DNA of 63,403 bases, the filler included, from Octopus bimaculoides (lineage: Eukaryota): assembly GCF_001194135.2 (NCBI RefSeq). It is 4 parts of 3 records of this genome, joined end to end, with 100 filler letters (N's around TTAATTAATTAA, not from the genome) between each part and the next. Parts side by side here need not be neighbours in the genome. Positions count along the whole stretch, not along the records: positions 27,849 to 48,211 come from NC_068984.1; positions 48,312 to 56,577 come from NC_068984.1; 2 more parts are not named here. One strand, given 5' to 3'. Shown in pieces: positions 35,346-49,312 of this stretch. The notes beneath the pieces were generated by a model, which did not search any database, was not told where the DNA came from, and worked only from the letters and a program-made list of their open reading frames with translations. A program made the translations under genes and the position numbers. Position 1 is the stretch's first letter. Each line of letters starts with the position of its first letter.

Positions 35346-35968
35346 ACTGTGACATGATCTTATATGAGAGGAGTATTCCAGACGAATGACAACAAATATT
35401 TCCTGGTCCCTTTTTTTAGAATTACTCTTACTAGTATTCCGTAAAACGTACTTAGTTTGTTTTATCCCATTTAATTACATATTGCTAATTGACTAATTCT
35501 GGCAATCAATTCAATTTATGTAAAAGTTTAACATATAGTCTGTATTAATTGTTGGTTAATTGCATATTTTCACTATATTTAGTGTAAACATTGATGAAAT
35601 CTAGAGATCTAGATTTTGATTTCACACGACAAAAAAGCCATTCTTGGAGCTTCCGTTTTTATAATCAGCTCAAATGATTGCTTCCAGTTTAATGATGTCA
35701 AAAGTGTCGACTACATTCAAGCTACTATTAACATTTCAATGAAGCAGATCTATCGGAATTCAAAATCCGGTTGTTGTCTTTTTATCTAATTTTTCATAAT
35801 TTTCTAAAAGTCTCCAATAAATCAATCTTTATTCGAGATAAAATTTGTGTAAAAATACTTTTGAATCTGGTGGTGAATGAAGTTTATTGTTTTTTAATAC
35901 CGTGAATAACTATTGTGATTGGCTCTGTTGTATGTTTGTTAAAATAAATACCTCAGGTATTATTATTA

Positions 35969-36006
<38 letters not shown>

Positions 36007-36611
36007 GGATAATTCAAATGTGTGAAAACTATTGTGGGAACGTACTAATCTGCTTAAGAATATAAACCACAGAAGCTATACATTTAAACGGAATGCAGTG
36101 TAATTAATGTCAAAGAAAATTGCATTATATGGGCCAAACTAAAAACTATAATAAAATTGATAAGTTAATTACATGTTAACCAACAAAGGCTAATTTTGAA
36201 AACAGTTCTAAAAATATTAAGTAGCATAGGTGCTACTTAATATAATAATTTTGTGAGACAAAAATTGAATTAAATCAAAATTGACGGATTACACGTAAGA
36301 TGATGTCCTCAGTAATATTACAGAATATAATATTAGGGTGTTGCCTCTTTTAAACAATGCCATGATTCCACTAGGTTTTATACTGTAGCTCAAAGTTAAC
36401 AAAATGCTGTACAATTAGCCTTCCTATAATCTCGTTACTGATTAGATATTACCGCCTCTATAACTGGATGTAACCCTTATCATTAGCGATTGGAGAACAA
36501 ATTAACATTGTCGCTGTAATTTCTGTCACAAATGGAAAGAAATGACTCTAATGTTACCCAGATTTTAGTGTCTGTGCCATTCGACAGGAAATCCGTTACG
36601 AAACTATTTTA

Positions 36612-36689
36612 AATAATAATATCTAATAATAATATCTAATAATAATATCTAATAATAATATCTAATAATAATATCTAATAATAATATCT
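36612..36689. repeat. 13-bp tandem repeat (AATAATAATATCT)x6
   Basis: Six consecutive exact units. Confidence 0.95.
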
Positions 36690-37739
36690 AACATACATTT
36701 AAGGATTGACATGTGATAGTGAGGTGTTATTTGATTAAATCGACTACATCTCTTAAACTATGAATTTGAAAGCTGAATGATCGGAGTGGAATTACGGCTA
36801 GGTGAATTTTCCAAGAGGTTTAAATGCACAAAATCTCCGATATCCGAGGAGCTGCAAAGTGTCAGAAGAAGGGTGGTCAGTAGTCATGACCTGGATGTAG
36901 CCCGGCCCTCTTTGTGTGTAAAAAGTTAAAGGCGAAAACTTTGCATTATCGGAGCCCTTCTGAAGATCTGCTGTTCAGCTCTCTTTAGAGTTTCTTACCA
37001 TTGATTGAAACTTTTCGCTATTGGCATCGTAACGAAGAAATACACAGTTGACCTTTGATGTATTTGAACTTAGATCGTAACGAGCAATAATTAAATATCA
37101 CATGGAACTCTATCAGATGCTCTAACGTTTCTGTCAATCTACAAACATTAATCTTGTCACATACCTCAGTAAGCTGTAGATATATTAAAGAATTCTTTTT
37201 TATCCATTCTAAAATACTGCCACCGGTGTAATTTATCCTTAATTATCCAGACACTATTTTAATTTAAACAAACAAGAAAAACTATTGATATAAATTAGTA
37301 AATATGGTCAGGCTGACGAACTGACAGAACAAGCAGCGTGCATTTAAAAAACAAAACGCTTAGACCGTAAAGAGCAAAACGATTTTCTTGACTAAAACCC
37401 TTTTAAGTCGGTGTCCGAGCATAGCCGCTGTTGAATAACTAAAACAAATAAAAGAATGAAAAGAAATACATATCAGGGGAATAAATATTATGTGAAGAGT
37501 CAGATAGAGTGCTGCCGTCTATCGGATTGTTTCGGCCATATACGAACGAAAACACCAAATCATCAATATTTAAAGTGAAAGATTCCCAGTCCTGAGTATG
37601 GCTGAATAACATAGAAACGGTAATAAAAAGTTGGAGGTAAAGTAACTCCAACAAAGTGTTTTCCTCCAGATCCAATACCTAAAAAAATATTTCCATTGTG
37701 CTAGTATGACTTAGATGGCTATAGTGCCTACATCCAGCA

Positions 37740-38201
37740 GCCATCAAGGGTGGCTGCTGGTAGACCTCGTCTGGCGACAGAACTCTGCCCCATACCGCAC
37801 GAGCAGGAGAACTCAGTCATTGCTGTCAGAAAATTACTGCGACAACATCGCCCCTAACATATAGCCACCTAACTCCCCAGACTGTATCCCCCCTTGATTA
37901 CTATGTATGGGGCGCAGTCGAGCGAGAGACCAACACAATCCTTGTAACATCAAAGATGAATTGAAGGCAAGGATTATGGCAGCATTCACCAACTTAAAGT
38001 AGGAGACCGTCCAGAAGAGTTGCAGGAGATTCCGAAGTCGTCTGGAGGTCATGGTTGAAGCCAATGGCCAATGGAATAAATTTACTCTTTAGTATTTCAA
38101 GATATTCTTATGCAGTTTTGGTAAATATATCTCTTAAAATGATGTCAGTGTTATCTTCATTTTTGCGTAACTTAGACGACAGTTTATTCACCGCACCCTG
38201 T
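37740..38201 (+). mobile_element. DD37D transposon 3' remnant
   Basis: RQNSAPY..NI*PPNSPDCIP/LDYYVWGAVERE..SCRRFRSRLE; ends CACCGCACCCTGT (TIR-like). Confidence 0.8.
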
Positions 38202-38452
38202 GGGTGTGGGTGTACACATATACCCCCCCCCCCACATATATATATATATATCCTGGCCTTGACTGATATTGGTGCATAAATTTTTTTATCACAGTGCACC
38301 CAATGTACGTAACATTTAGTAACTAGCATGTGTTATGTTGAAATGACTGTTGTGATACAGAATACCAGGTGTCGATCAATATTCTCTTATTCATTTACAT
38401 GTGTGTACGCGCGTGTGATTGTGTTTATTCTTATATGAAGTTATATTACATA

Positions 38453-38690
38453 TTATTACCTCCACCTTAGCGAATGCGGAGATATTGTCTTACAGTGGTG
38501 TTTGTTTGCTTGTTCTTGTGTCTCCGACGACAAAATATCTCAAGAACCATTGGATAGATTCGGATGAAACTCTTAGAAATGTTTGGCTTTGTGACTGGCA
38601 TGAATTTATTAGATTGTGGGGTCCATTGGGTACTGGACAATGATTCTGGATTATTTGTTATATTTACTTAACTTTACATGATGACGATCT
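38453..38690 (+). mobile_element. Possible Helentron/DINE-1-like non-autonomous element
   Basis: TTATTACCTCC start, short CTCC(A/G)C..GCGGAG hairpin, GTTTGTTTG microsatellite, ..ATATCTCAAGAACC..GGATGAAACT; pattern recognition only. Confidence 0.45.
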
Positions 38691-38695
38691 TATGC

Positions 38696-39085
38696 TGACA
38701 AAGGGATTAAGTCGATTACATCGACCCCAGTGCGTAACTGGTACTTAGTTTATCGACCCCGAAAGGATGGAAAGCAAAGTCGACCTCGGTGTAATTTGAA
38801 CTCAGAGTGTAAAGACAGACAAAATACCATTAAACATTTCGCGTGCTGACGTTTCTTATTTCTTTATTGCTCACAAGGGGCTAAACATAGATGGGACAAA
38901 CAAGGACAGACAAAGGGATTAAGTTGATTACATCGACCCCAGTGTGTAAGTGGTACTTAATTTATCGACCCCGAAAGGATGAAAGGCAAAGTCGACCTTG
39001 GCAGAATTTGAACTCAGAACGTAGCAGCAGACGAAATACTGCTAATTTCGCACGGCCTGCCGACGTTTCTGCCAGCTCGCCACCT
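38696..39085 (-). mobile_element. tRNA-derived SINE family B, two tandem copies
   Basis: GGCGAGCTGGCAGAA..GTTCTGAGTTCAAATT..GTCGACTTTGCCTTTCATCCTTTCGGGGTCGATAAA..CTGGGGTCGATGTAATC occurs twice (38696-38855, 38856-39085). Confidence 0.88.
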
Positions 39086-39258
39086 ACAAATCTTTATATA
39101 TCAAACTGAAGAATTGCTCTATACTGTATGTAGAGCAGGTATTTCTTGATAATTTCACAAAATAGATGAGCGTAGCACAGAAGGTTCGACTTGCTAGTTT
39201 TCGTTGGACATTGGAATGTGTGTGTGTGTGTGTGTGTGACTGTATGTGTTACTGTGTG

Positions 39259-39290
<32 letters not shown>

Positions 39291-39438
39291 TGTATGTATT
39301 ATGTATGTATGTATATATGTGTGTGTGTGTGTGTCTGTGTGCATGCGAGTGTGTGTGTATGTATATCTTTTGGCGATGCAATATGTGATGTCATTCTATT
39401 CTGAATCATTTCAGAAATATTATTTTCCNNNNNNNNNN

Positions 39439-39485
<47 letters not shown>

Positions 39486-40334
39486 TGTATTATATTATAT
39501 TATACTATATAAAACAAATCTGCCAATAATATTTCCAGGTATTTGAACCTGTAAGAGCATATTTCCATTATAAACAGTCTTTCACGTTTTGTGCTGTTGA
39601 ATACCATGTTTAAATGCTGGTGATTGTTTCTACTATCTGAGGCAAAGAAGTCGGGCGTTTCTAAGGAATTCCATCATAAATGCATGATTAAAATGAAAAC
39701 GGAATTAATACTGTAAATCAATTGGTAAAAACATTTGAAGAAAGTAACAAAATAAATTTATATTCAAAAACGAAATCTTCTTTCGTAAGAATAAAATAAA
39801 ACGAAATGTTCAAAATTTCTGGTTTGTTATCTTTGTTTTTATTATTCTTATGAAAATTTCGATCACGATTCAGTTTTATGAATTTTATATATCTAATTGA
39901 GTAAATTTATATTCAAATAATTCAAAAGAAATTTATGCGTTTTGTGTTTTGTTACTCAGTTTAAAGTACATACTTTCATACATAGATTTCATGAATTATT
40001 TTCTGTTGTTTTACATTTTGCCATCGCGGCGGTGTGTATAGATCACAGTATTCTTATTTTGTGGTTCGTGGGTGAACAGAATGCAAATACGTCTCGGGGC
40101 TTGAACGGTTACGAAACTTAAACAATGCTTATATTTACTCTGGCATTAATAGGTCATAAATCACCCGTGACACTACATAACAAATAACCGATGGATTCTA
40201 CGTTGAATGTAATAAAATAGTGTGTTGAGTAAACTTTTGCATTTTACATGTTTCTGTGATTTAAAGGTGGTCATGAAAGGCTAACGAATAGACGCCAGTA
40301 ATCATTTTGTTTTTTTTTTTGCGTTTAAACCTGG

Positions 40335-40468
40335 TACTTATTCTATTGGTAACTTATCTTGAACCGCTAAGATATGAGGGGGTGAGGGTAAGCACAAAAA
40401 CAACAGTTGTCAAGCGGTGGTGGGGAATAAATAGAGTGAACAGACACAAGGGCAAACACACACAAACC

Positions 40469-40526
<58 letters not shown>

Positions 40527-40575
40527 GGCGGGTTTCTTTCAGTTTCCGTCTACCATATTCATTCAGAAAACTTTA
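40335..40575 (-). mobile_element. SINE family A, partial
   Basis: Contains GGTAGACGGAAACTGAAAGAA, the internal (TA)n and the CTTAGCGGTTC..GAATAAGTACC blocks. Confidence 0.75.
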
Positions 40576-40699
40576 GTAACAGAAAGGCAAGAAACCTGCA
40601 GGAAGATATCGATATATGCTGTGTATGGAGATGTTACTACAGATCCTGAGTGCCAAAAGGGGTTTCAAGATATCGAACTTGTAAACTTTTAGGGACCCG

Positions 40700-41410
40700 C
40701 CAACTGAAATTAACACGACTAGATTAAGATGTTAGTTCACGACGAATCCCGTTATATTACCAGGATCATCGCAAATATTCTCCAAATATCCAAATCAAGT
40801 GTTCAAAACCATCTGTATCAACTTAGTTAAGTCAACAGCCTCGCTGTTCATCAACTGAAAGAGGATAACCTCGAAAAATGGGTTCCATTTCTGATTCGCT
40901 GCACAAATTTATAGAAAACGATTCATGTTTGGAGTGAATGGTGACGAGACGAAAAATAAATCCCCTATAACAATGTGAAACCAAATGATCACTAAGGAAG
41001 CGCAGCGAATTACATCAAACAAACTCCCGAAGGGTGTTGACTTTCACGAGCTTGCCCCAACGCACAGGATCATTACTTCCGATGTTTACTGTGACCAACT
41101 ACACAAATGAAATACAGCGATCCACCGAAGCGTCCAGCACTGTTAATCCTAAGGGTATTGCCTTTCATCATGACAATGGTACAGTGCACACGTTTTGATG
41201 ACGTTGCAGAAATTACTTGGTCTTCACTTGGTTTACAGGCGCCCAGCTTCCCCTCCATTTTCCCCAACCCTACCTTACACCTTAAAATTTTTACCTGTTT
41301 TGGTCTCTTCAAATTTCACTGAACGGACAAATTTTCAGCTCTGAAGAGAGAGTTAACTTTCATCTGGAAGAATTCTTCGCCAAGAAATACAAGAAATTCT
41401 TAGTTCTTTG
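40700..41410 (+). mobile_element. Highly decayed mariner remnant
   Basis: MVT/RDEK.I.YNNV, IAFHHDNG..H, YLFWSLQ..LNGQ.F recognisable across frameshifts. Confidence 0.7.
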
Positions 41411-41524
41411 ACCAGGTAAGAATACACACACATACACACACAAACACACACACACACACACATGAATATATATATGTATGTATGCATGTATGCATATATA
41501 CATATATGTGTGTACGATTGTATA

Positions 41525-41565
<41 letters not shown>

Positions 41566-41842
41566 NNNNNNNNNNNNNNNNNNNNNNNNNNNNNNNNNNN
41601 NNNNNNNNNNNNNNNNNNNNNNNNNNNNNNNNNNNNNNNNNNNNNNNNNNNNNNNNNNNNNNNNNNNNNNNNNNNNNNNNNNNNNNNNNNNNNNNNNNNN
41701 NNNNNNNNNNNNNNNNNNNNNNNNNNNNNNNNNNNNNNNNNNNNNNNNNNNNNNNNNNNNNNNNNNNNNNNNNNNNNNNNNNNNNNNNNNNNNNNNNNNN
41801 NNNNNNNNNNNNNNNNNNNNNNNNNNNNNNNNNNNNNNNNNN

Positions 41843-41940
41843 TTTTACAGGTGTTATGAAAACTGAAGAACAGCTGCAATAAATGCGTAAATCTGGGAGG
41901 GAAATATGTTGAAATGTGTTGAACTTTTCGACACCCCTCC

Positions 41941-41941
<1 letters not shown>
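41843..41941 (+). mobile_element. Mariner 3' end with TIR
   Basis: ..KCVNLGGKYVE then AACTTTTCGACACCCCTC, similar to the TIR of the 2.9-kb element. Confidence 0.65.
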
Positions 41942-41985
<44 letters not shown>

Positions 41986-42776
41986 CAACATATATATTCA
42001 AGATAAAGTTTTAGTGAAGCACCGTCGAAAATTTGATTGAATTGTCGATTGGTTACCATCTGTTATGAAATAATACAGACTATACCAAAATATTGTCACC
42101 CACCGCTGTTCTGTTTTGAAACATTTTCCTATGAAAAATTGGTCTAATGAATGACAATACAATTTCGGGGATGAAGCAGATCAATATCAGTAAGTATTTA
42201 GCATAAGGACAGTTTTAACCGAAATACCTAATAAACCAATTTGTACAGGAGTTCAAAATAATACAAAAATCCGTAACAAAAAACACCGAATTAAAATAAA
42301 ATGACATGAAAATAATGTACTCATTGTAAAATAATTGGCTTAAATCGATTTTTAGAAAATAATTGCTTGAAAAAAGGATAGCAATTTAAAATATATGGGT
42401 TTATTGTTTCTGTCAATATGTCAGTCTTTATTCATTCACTGTCAATCTGTTATTTCTGTCAGTCAAAACTGTCTAAATTGTTGTTTCAAATTAAAAGTTT
42501 TATTTTGATTTAAAGGCAAACACATAACTTTGCTATAAACAAAATCGACTTTATTTTTTATTACTCTTTTCCAAACAAACTTCACTTTGAACATGTAAAG
42601 TCTCCTGTCTGTCTCCCCGCTCGCCGTTCTCCCCACTCTCTCTCTCTCTCTCTCTCTATGAAAATAGGTATATATACATTAAGGAAGACATATAGATGTA
42701 TGAATATATGTATACGTGTATGTATATATATATTAATATATAAATATGTGTGTGTGTGGATGTGTGTGGATGTGTT

Positions 42777-42808
<32 letters not shown>

Positions 42809-42809
42809 C

Positions 42810-42873
<64 letters not shown>

Positions 42874-43377
42874 AGGGAGTGAGAGAGGGATTGAAAGAGA
42901 GAACTATATTAAAATACTTGATCGTCGATAAAATTGAAAGAATAATATTGATTTCTCATTGATACATACGACACACATTTATAAGGAAGGGAAATTAGAT
43001 TACGTGATATTTATCCGTTTTCTAAAGGGAGAGAGATTAGAGAATTGACAGCACACACCAATACTAAACAGCTCGCCAATTTAGCCCGAGAACTTACGTC
43101 TGGCTATACACAACCCGGTCTACTATTCTTTAATATTCAAGAAAGCTTAGCAGTTGTATATATATGAAAATGTATTAGATATATAGGGTTCACGTGTTAG
43201 TAACGCAAAAACTAATTACCAATATTGTCCAGCACAGTTTGCAGGAAAAAATGTTTCAATACTCCTTTCATTGGATTATATGAATTCGGTGAGCATTGGA
43301 TTATGTACATAAAGATATATGTACATGTATACATATAAATATGTGTGTGTGTGAATGTGCGTGCATATGTGTTAATG

Positions 43378-43435
<58 letters not shown>

Positions 43436-43510
43436 NNNNNNNNNNNNNNNNNNNNNNNNNNNNNNNNNNNNNNNNNNNNNNNNNNNNNNNNNNNNNNNNN
43501 NNNNNNNNNN

Positions 43511-43570
<60 letters not shown>

Positions 43571-45038
43571 TATCATGGTGTGGCTTCACCAACAAAGATT
43601 CATGAAATGTGAATCTAGCCATGTTATGAAATTTAGCTGGATTTTAACGGAGCCAGTACACAAAACACAGGACCAATAGCCGCGCTAGATATAAGGGAAA
43701 TTCTGTTTTAGTTCCAATGCTGCTAAGTAATTGACATTATTGTTCTCCCTTATTTTCATTTTAGCCCCAAGGCTTACATTCTAGATGGTGAAAAATGCAT
43801 TTATTACAATCTGAAATTATGGAATATTTTTGATATATTCACATTTCAATTAATGACTTATGATTCTAATATCTTAATGAAGCCGCTTCTTTCTGTTTGT
43901 ATAAAGCCCCGATTCCGAAGGGTTGTGCCACTGCACTTAATTACGTAACCAACAGCCCTAATAACTCCAGTTATGAATCTAACTTTTATTTCCGTGTAGT
44001 ATCTACAGATACTGGACAAATGATTTTCTTTACGTTTTAACATGATGTTGAACGTCGAGTGTCCTGTTGCAACTACGAGTAAGGGAACTGAGTGAAATAC
44101 ATACATTCGTAATAAACACAATTCGTCATCTACTCCTGTACCCATGGCATCAGAAGTTTGTTGATTAGAATTTCATCGACTCATATCCAGCCTCTACTGT
44201 TATCATCTGCGGGGATATCGTACCTCACCCAGTGATCCTAGATGAATAGGTTCAGACAAGTTCTTTACGTCTTCATTAATTTTTGGCATCTAATCGATCG
44301 ATAAATAATTGTCATGGCATTTTTTCGCATTAGATTTGTTTCTAATAAAGTCATTCAATTTGTCTTAAAAATTCCATACAGAATTTGCTGGCAAAAATAC
44401 TCAAAATAACCCCCAATAAACAGGCGTCCGACAATTCTGTACCTTTTGTAGATTTCTTTCTATCTTGGTCATTTAATTCCCCGCTGTAATATCGCCGTTG
44501 TAATGTCACTATTGCAAAAGTACGAGCTTTGATACTCTATGAGTTAATGCAGGAAAAATAGTTATTTGGAATTTCTGCTATTAACACTATATCATATTCA
44601 AAGTCTTTTCCTTACTCCAGATTTATTCGTTAGAATGAATCCATGTTTTCCTCAAAATAATCTGCTTTACTATTGATAACCAGTTCATATCACTCTAAAC
44701 AGTTGATTGGCTTCAAATACATTTTTTAAATTGTTTTTTTTTTCTGTTACTCTTTTCTGATGCCTGATATTTTTCATTCTCAGCTTTTTCTTCCTGTTTC
44801 AAGATGATAAATTCATACCCAAGTATTCTCTATTTCTACTCTAAAGATTGCATCGATTTTCCCTCTTTTCTTGGAAGTCTCTGTCTTTGTTTGTTAACAT
44901 ATTAAAAGAATCACTCATACCTGTTAGTCTTTTGTAAATCAACGATCTAATTTCTGGTTGTATTTTATTTTTTCTTGTATCATTTTCACACCTATCTTTA
45001 TTATTTTGCCTGTTTCTTTTAGACTCTCAACTATATTG

Positions 45039-45159
45039 TTCTATATTTTAAAGATAAGGAATGATGTACATTATTTACATTATTTACATTTGACGGATAT
45101 TTGACGTTGTGTTAACAACAAACAAAATGAGGGCAAATATCCCTCAAATGTAAATAATA
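45039..45159. mobile_element. Fold-back remnant of the hammerhead-SINE tail
   Basis: An inverted tail (45039-45103) directly abuts a direct tail beginning ACGTTGTGTTAACAAC (45104); same sequence as 51.1-51.5 kb. Confidence 0.8.
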
Positions 45160-46599
45160 TAATTAATGCTCAAATATATTGTTTTGAAGGTTTTTGAACT
45201 GCTTATAGTCAAGCGTCAATTATTTAAAACGAAGGGGCATCACCCTGTCATACACATTCACCTGATTGCTTTAATCATTGTCAAAAATTTATTGCATCTC
45301 TTGACAATAGAAGACAAATATATTCTATCCCGCAGTAAGACTTTTATACACGAAGTTCCTTTTCTTGAAATATTTCACATAAAATACATTTGAACTATTT
45401 ATACCCGTTTTCCTTTCAGCTCGTAGAATATATGATATTATTTCATACGCAGAATTCCGTTTTGTTAGAGCGGAAATGTAGTCCGCTATGACGCAAGGTA
45501 TAATTTTTGCTTTGGGTAATTATCTTGTTTGAAAATATTTGTACATTGTTAATATTTCAGGAATATAATTGCAAACACCATTTAATTCCCTTATAAACAC
45601 AAAAAGATGTTTGCCAGGGTAACTGTTTTATCTTGAAATAATATAAATTTAATGTGATCACTTCGTAATAAACTTACCCATTGCTCATATAGGCAAGATG
45701 GGATAATTTTCTAAAATTTATTAAAATGTTACGGAGTCCATAATTCCATAAAGAAAAATAAACTCTGCAATTTCGTTTTCAACTTTAATTACAATTAATA
45801 CAATTCCACTTTCCTGATTTTGATAACTTCAGAGGTGTTGTTGCGAGTGTAGACTCTGGTTATATTCTTTTCAAATATCATGGTGACTTCATGTCTGAGA
45901 CGAATATCTTTAGAAGCATCACCAAGCGATTTATTTCAACGCAATTGTTCAGCTTCAGAACGTGGTGGATTGTTGTTGCCATGAATTTAGAAACAATGTT
46001 CATTGCAAATCAATGATGCTCCCACGCAATTTCCGCGAATACACTCCGTGAATATCGATGTATATATCCTGTAATCATTTATATATATATATATATATAT
46101 NNNNNNNNNNNNNNNNNNNNNNNNNNNNNNNNNNNNNNNNNNNNNNNNNNNNNNNNNNNNNNNNNNNNNNNNNNNNNNNNNNNNNNNNNNNNNNNNNNNN
46201 NNNNNNNNNNNNNNNNNNNNNNNNNNNNNNNNNNNNNNNNNNNNNNNNNNNNNNNNNNNNNNNNNNNNNNNNNNNNNNNNNNNNNNNNNNNNNNNNNNNN
46301 NNNNNNNNNNNNNNNNNNNNNNNNNNNNNNNNNNNNNNNNNNNNNNNNNNNNNNNNNNNNNNNNNNNNNNNNNNNNNNNNNNNNNNNNNNNNNNNNNATA
46401 TATATATATATATAATATCTGTGTGAGTGTGTATGCGTATATGTAGTGTGTGTAGATTTGTGCATCTGTATGTATATTTATGCATGTATATTATATATGT
46501 AAATATATAGTTACGTACACATCAACATACACACATATCCGTCAGGCACACGCTTACTTGCAATCACTTTATTTTTGTACATGCATATGTATGTAGACG

Positions 46600-46991
46600 T
46601 GGATACTCGGCGGGAGAAGTATGCAGTAATATACATCTGGAAGATCCTGGAAGGAATTGTGCCAAATTTTGGCATTGAAAGCCAGAACGGGACGACACTG
46701 CATAGTGCCAAAGATCCCAGCAATGCCATCGCGCTTCAGGACCAGTTACTGCAACAGCTTGGGATTCAGGGGCCCACAGCATTTTAATATTCTCCCAAAG
46801 AGGAATCTGCACAAAGTAGATGTAGGAGTTTTTTTAAATCAAAGCTGGACCTCTTCCTATCGAGAGTCCCAGATGAACCTACCTCGCGGCAGGAGGTGCA
46901 AATGAGGGTTGCTAAATCAAACTCCATTCTTCACCAAGTGCCACATATTGTAAGAGGCTCCCTGTAATAACAGTGTAGCAACACGGTGGTG
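46600..46991 (+). mobile_element. CR1-clade LINE 3' fragment
   Basis: RREKYAVIYIWKILEGIVPNFG..RHCIVPKIP..YCNSLGFRGPQ.FN..FKSKLDLFLSRVPDEP. Confidence 0.88.
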
Positions 46992-48408
46992 NNNNNNNNN
47001 NNNNNNNNNNNNNNNNNNNNNNNNNNNNNNNNNNNNNNNNNNNNNNNNNNNNNNNNNNNNNNNNNNNNNNNNNNNNNNNNNNNNNNNNNNNNNNNNNNNN
47101 NNNNNNNNNNNNNNNNNNNNNNNNNNNNNNNNNNNNNNNNNNNNNNNNNNNNNNNNNNNNNNNNNNNNNNGTGTGTGTGTGTGTGTGAGCGTACAATACT
47201 ATTGTAAAATCCACCTTCTGACCTTATTGAAAACCGAATGATCGGGGGGAATAACTTTAATATATATTCTTGGCAATGTATCAAATGCTGGTGGTATATA
47301 GTAATGATTTCCCACTTAATGTTGATAGCGTAAAAAAAAAAAAGATTGGTTTTTATATTCCTAATTAAGAATTGATATCAGAAACGATGTCTATTGACAA
47401 ATGTACAATTTTAATCAGACATTTTTAATGGTGATTCTTCTATCTTCACTAATACATCAAAACTTTCCTATGCGAATATTTAATTATTCTAAACACAACA
47501 TACATTTAAGACATTAATTAGTCTCGTCTACTGTTATTTATTATTGCGGCCTCTGCATAACTAACTTTGGTGTAAGCATGCCACTTCCATTTAATCTAAG
47601 TCCCTTGCGTGCATTTCTTCTTCTTCACCCACCCCAGCTGTCTTCCACACCACCAACATAACAATAAAGACTGTTTTGTTTTTTCTGAAAGATATTTTCG
47701 AGCAATGAATTTCTAAGAAAAAAATTCTAGTAGACGAAACATTCTGGTGTCCCAGAATCTTTCGTGCATATGAATCGAGTGTGATATAAACACGTTTTCG
47801 TCGTTAAGGAGATGTTCTCCTGTGACATACACAACAATGATTAACATATTCCCGTTTGAATCTGTCAGAACGTAGCAAGAATAGATATTTAATTCATTGT
47901 TTTGATTCTCGCTGCTCATCGCGAACACATTGATTTATTAACATCTTGTAACCTCTTCAAACCGTTAGATATTTAGAACACAGTTTAGGGTTGCTTCGAA
48001 AGATGTTTCTAAATTGGTATTGCAAACTAGCGATCAGAGATCACTGACATAAATTCAATAAACCTCTAACAAGAGAAACTTCTGGCCGATAGACACAGAC
48101 AGACAGGCAGACAGGCAGACAGATAGATAGATACATTTCTTTTATTAGCCACACAGGGCTCAACGAAGATGGGACAAATACAATGTAGAGCTTTTCTTTT
48201 TGGGAGGGGGANNNNNNNNNNNNNNNNNNNNNNNNNNNNNNNNNNNNNNNNNNNNTTAATTAATTAANNNNNNNNNNNNNNNNNNNNNNNNNNNNNNNNN
48301 NNNNNNNNNNNTATATATGGGAGAATATACAAATAATAACAACAGACGAGGACAGGTGGTGTAAATAACAAAAGTATATATTAGTATGACGCTCGGGAAT
48401 ACGGAAAG

Positions 48409-48445
48409 TCTTTGACGTTTCGAGCTACGCTCTTCAACAGAAAGA
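48409..48445 (-). ncRNA. Minimal type I hammerhead-like motif with CUGUUGA core
   Basis: Minus: TCTTT-CTGTTGA-A-GAGC-GTA-GCTC-GAAA-CG-TC-AAAGA; perfect 5-bp stem I, 4-bp stem II, ACGT palindromic stem III, GUC triplet; next to (TA)n and a gap. Confidence 0.6.
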
Positions 48446-48915
48446 ATACGGAGACAAGGAGAAAAACACGGAGAAAAAAATTGAATAGTGTTCAGTCAAC
48501 GATATATATAAAACATACGAACGAGTGTTTATACATACCGTTAACAAAGCGAGTTTTGAATCTGTTAGACTCCATCCTTTGTCAAGTTCACAATACATGT
48601 TCTATTTCGGAGAAAATCAGAGAGAACGAAAGAGAGAGTGAGAGTTAGAAGTTTGTGTGTGCGTAAAAATTGAGAGATAAGTGTTGAACCCCATATAGAA
48701 CTTTCAGTTCAATTATTACTCTTCAAATGATGAAAAGCAAGGTGAACCAGCAGGGAGGTGAAATTGGAGCGGAGAGTGGTGAAACGAAACCCGAAAGTAT
48801 ACTATCTTCTGCTTTAGAAAATGAACAAGTTTGTTACTTGTTGATGTGCATATAATCTTATAAATGTTTGAAATAGGCACAAGTGTAAACATTATATAGT
48901 ATATAGGGTGTATAA

Positions 48916-48950
<35 letters not shown>

Positions 48951-49271
48951 NNNNNNNNNNNNNNNNNNNNNNNNNNNNNNNNNNNNNNNNNNNNNNNNNN
49001 NNNNNNNNNNNNNNNNNNNNNNNNNNNNNNNNNNNNNNNNNNNNNNNNNNNNNNNNNNNNNNNNNNNNNNNNNNNNNNNNNNNNNNNNNNNNNNNNNNNN
49101 NNNNNNNNNNNNNNNNNNNNNNNNNNNNNNNNNNNNNNNNNNNNNNNNNNNNNNNNNNNNNNNNNNNNNNNNNNNNNNNNNNNNNNNNNNNNNNNNNNNN
49201 NATATATATATGTATAATGTATACATAATACGTGCAAAGATGTATGAATATACATATATATATATATAAAT

Positions 49272-49312
<41 letters not shown>

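Noticed and set aside
36852-36998. Minus-strand intron-like segment (GTAAGA..CTTTGCAG)
   Set aside because: Flanking exons have no upstream acceptor or sustained frame; could be chance.
41360-43679. ORFs rich in YI/CV/HT/ER dipeptides, poly-residues or X (here and throughout)
   Set aside because: Translations of (TA)n, (CA)n, (GA)n, triplet microsatellites and N gaps.
43860-44250. Possible very old Tc1/DD37D remnant on the minus strand (VDEILINKLLMPW..QQD)
   Set aside because: Too fragmentary to support by eye; needs a profile search.
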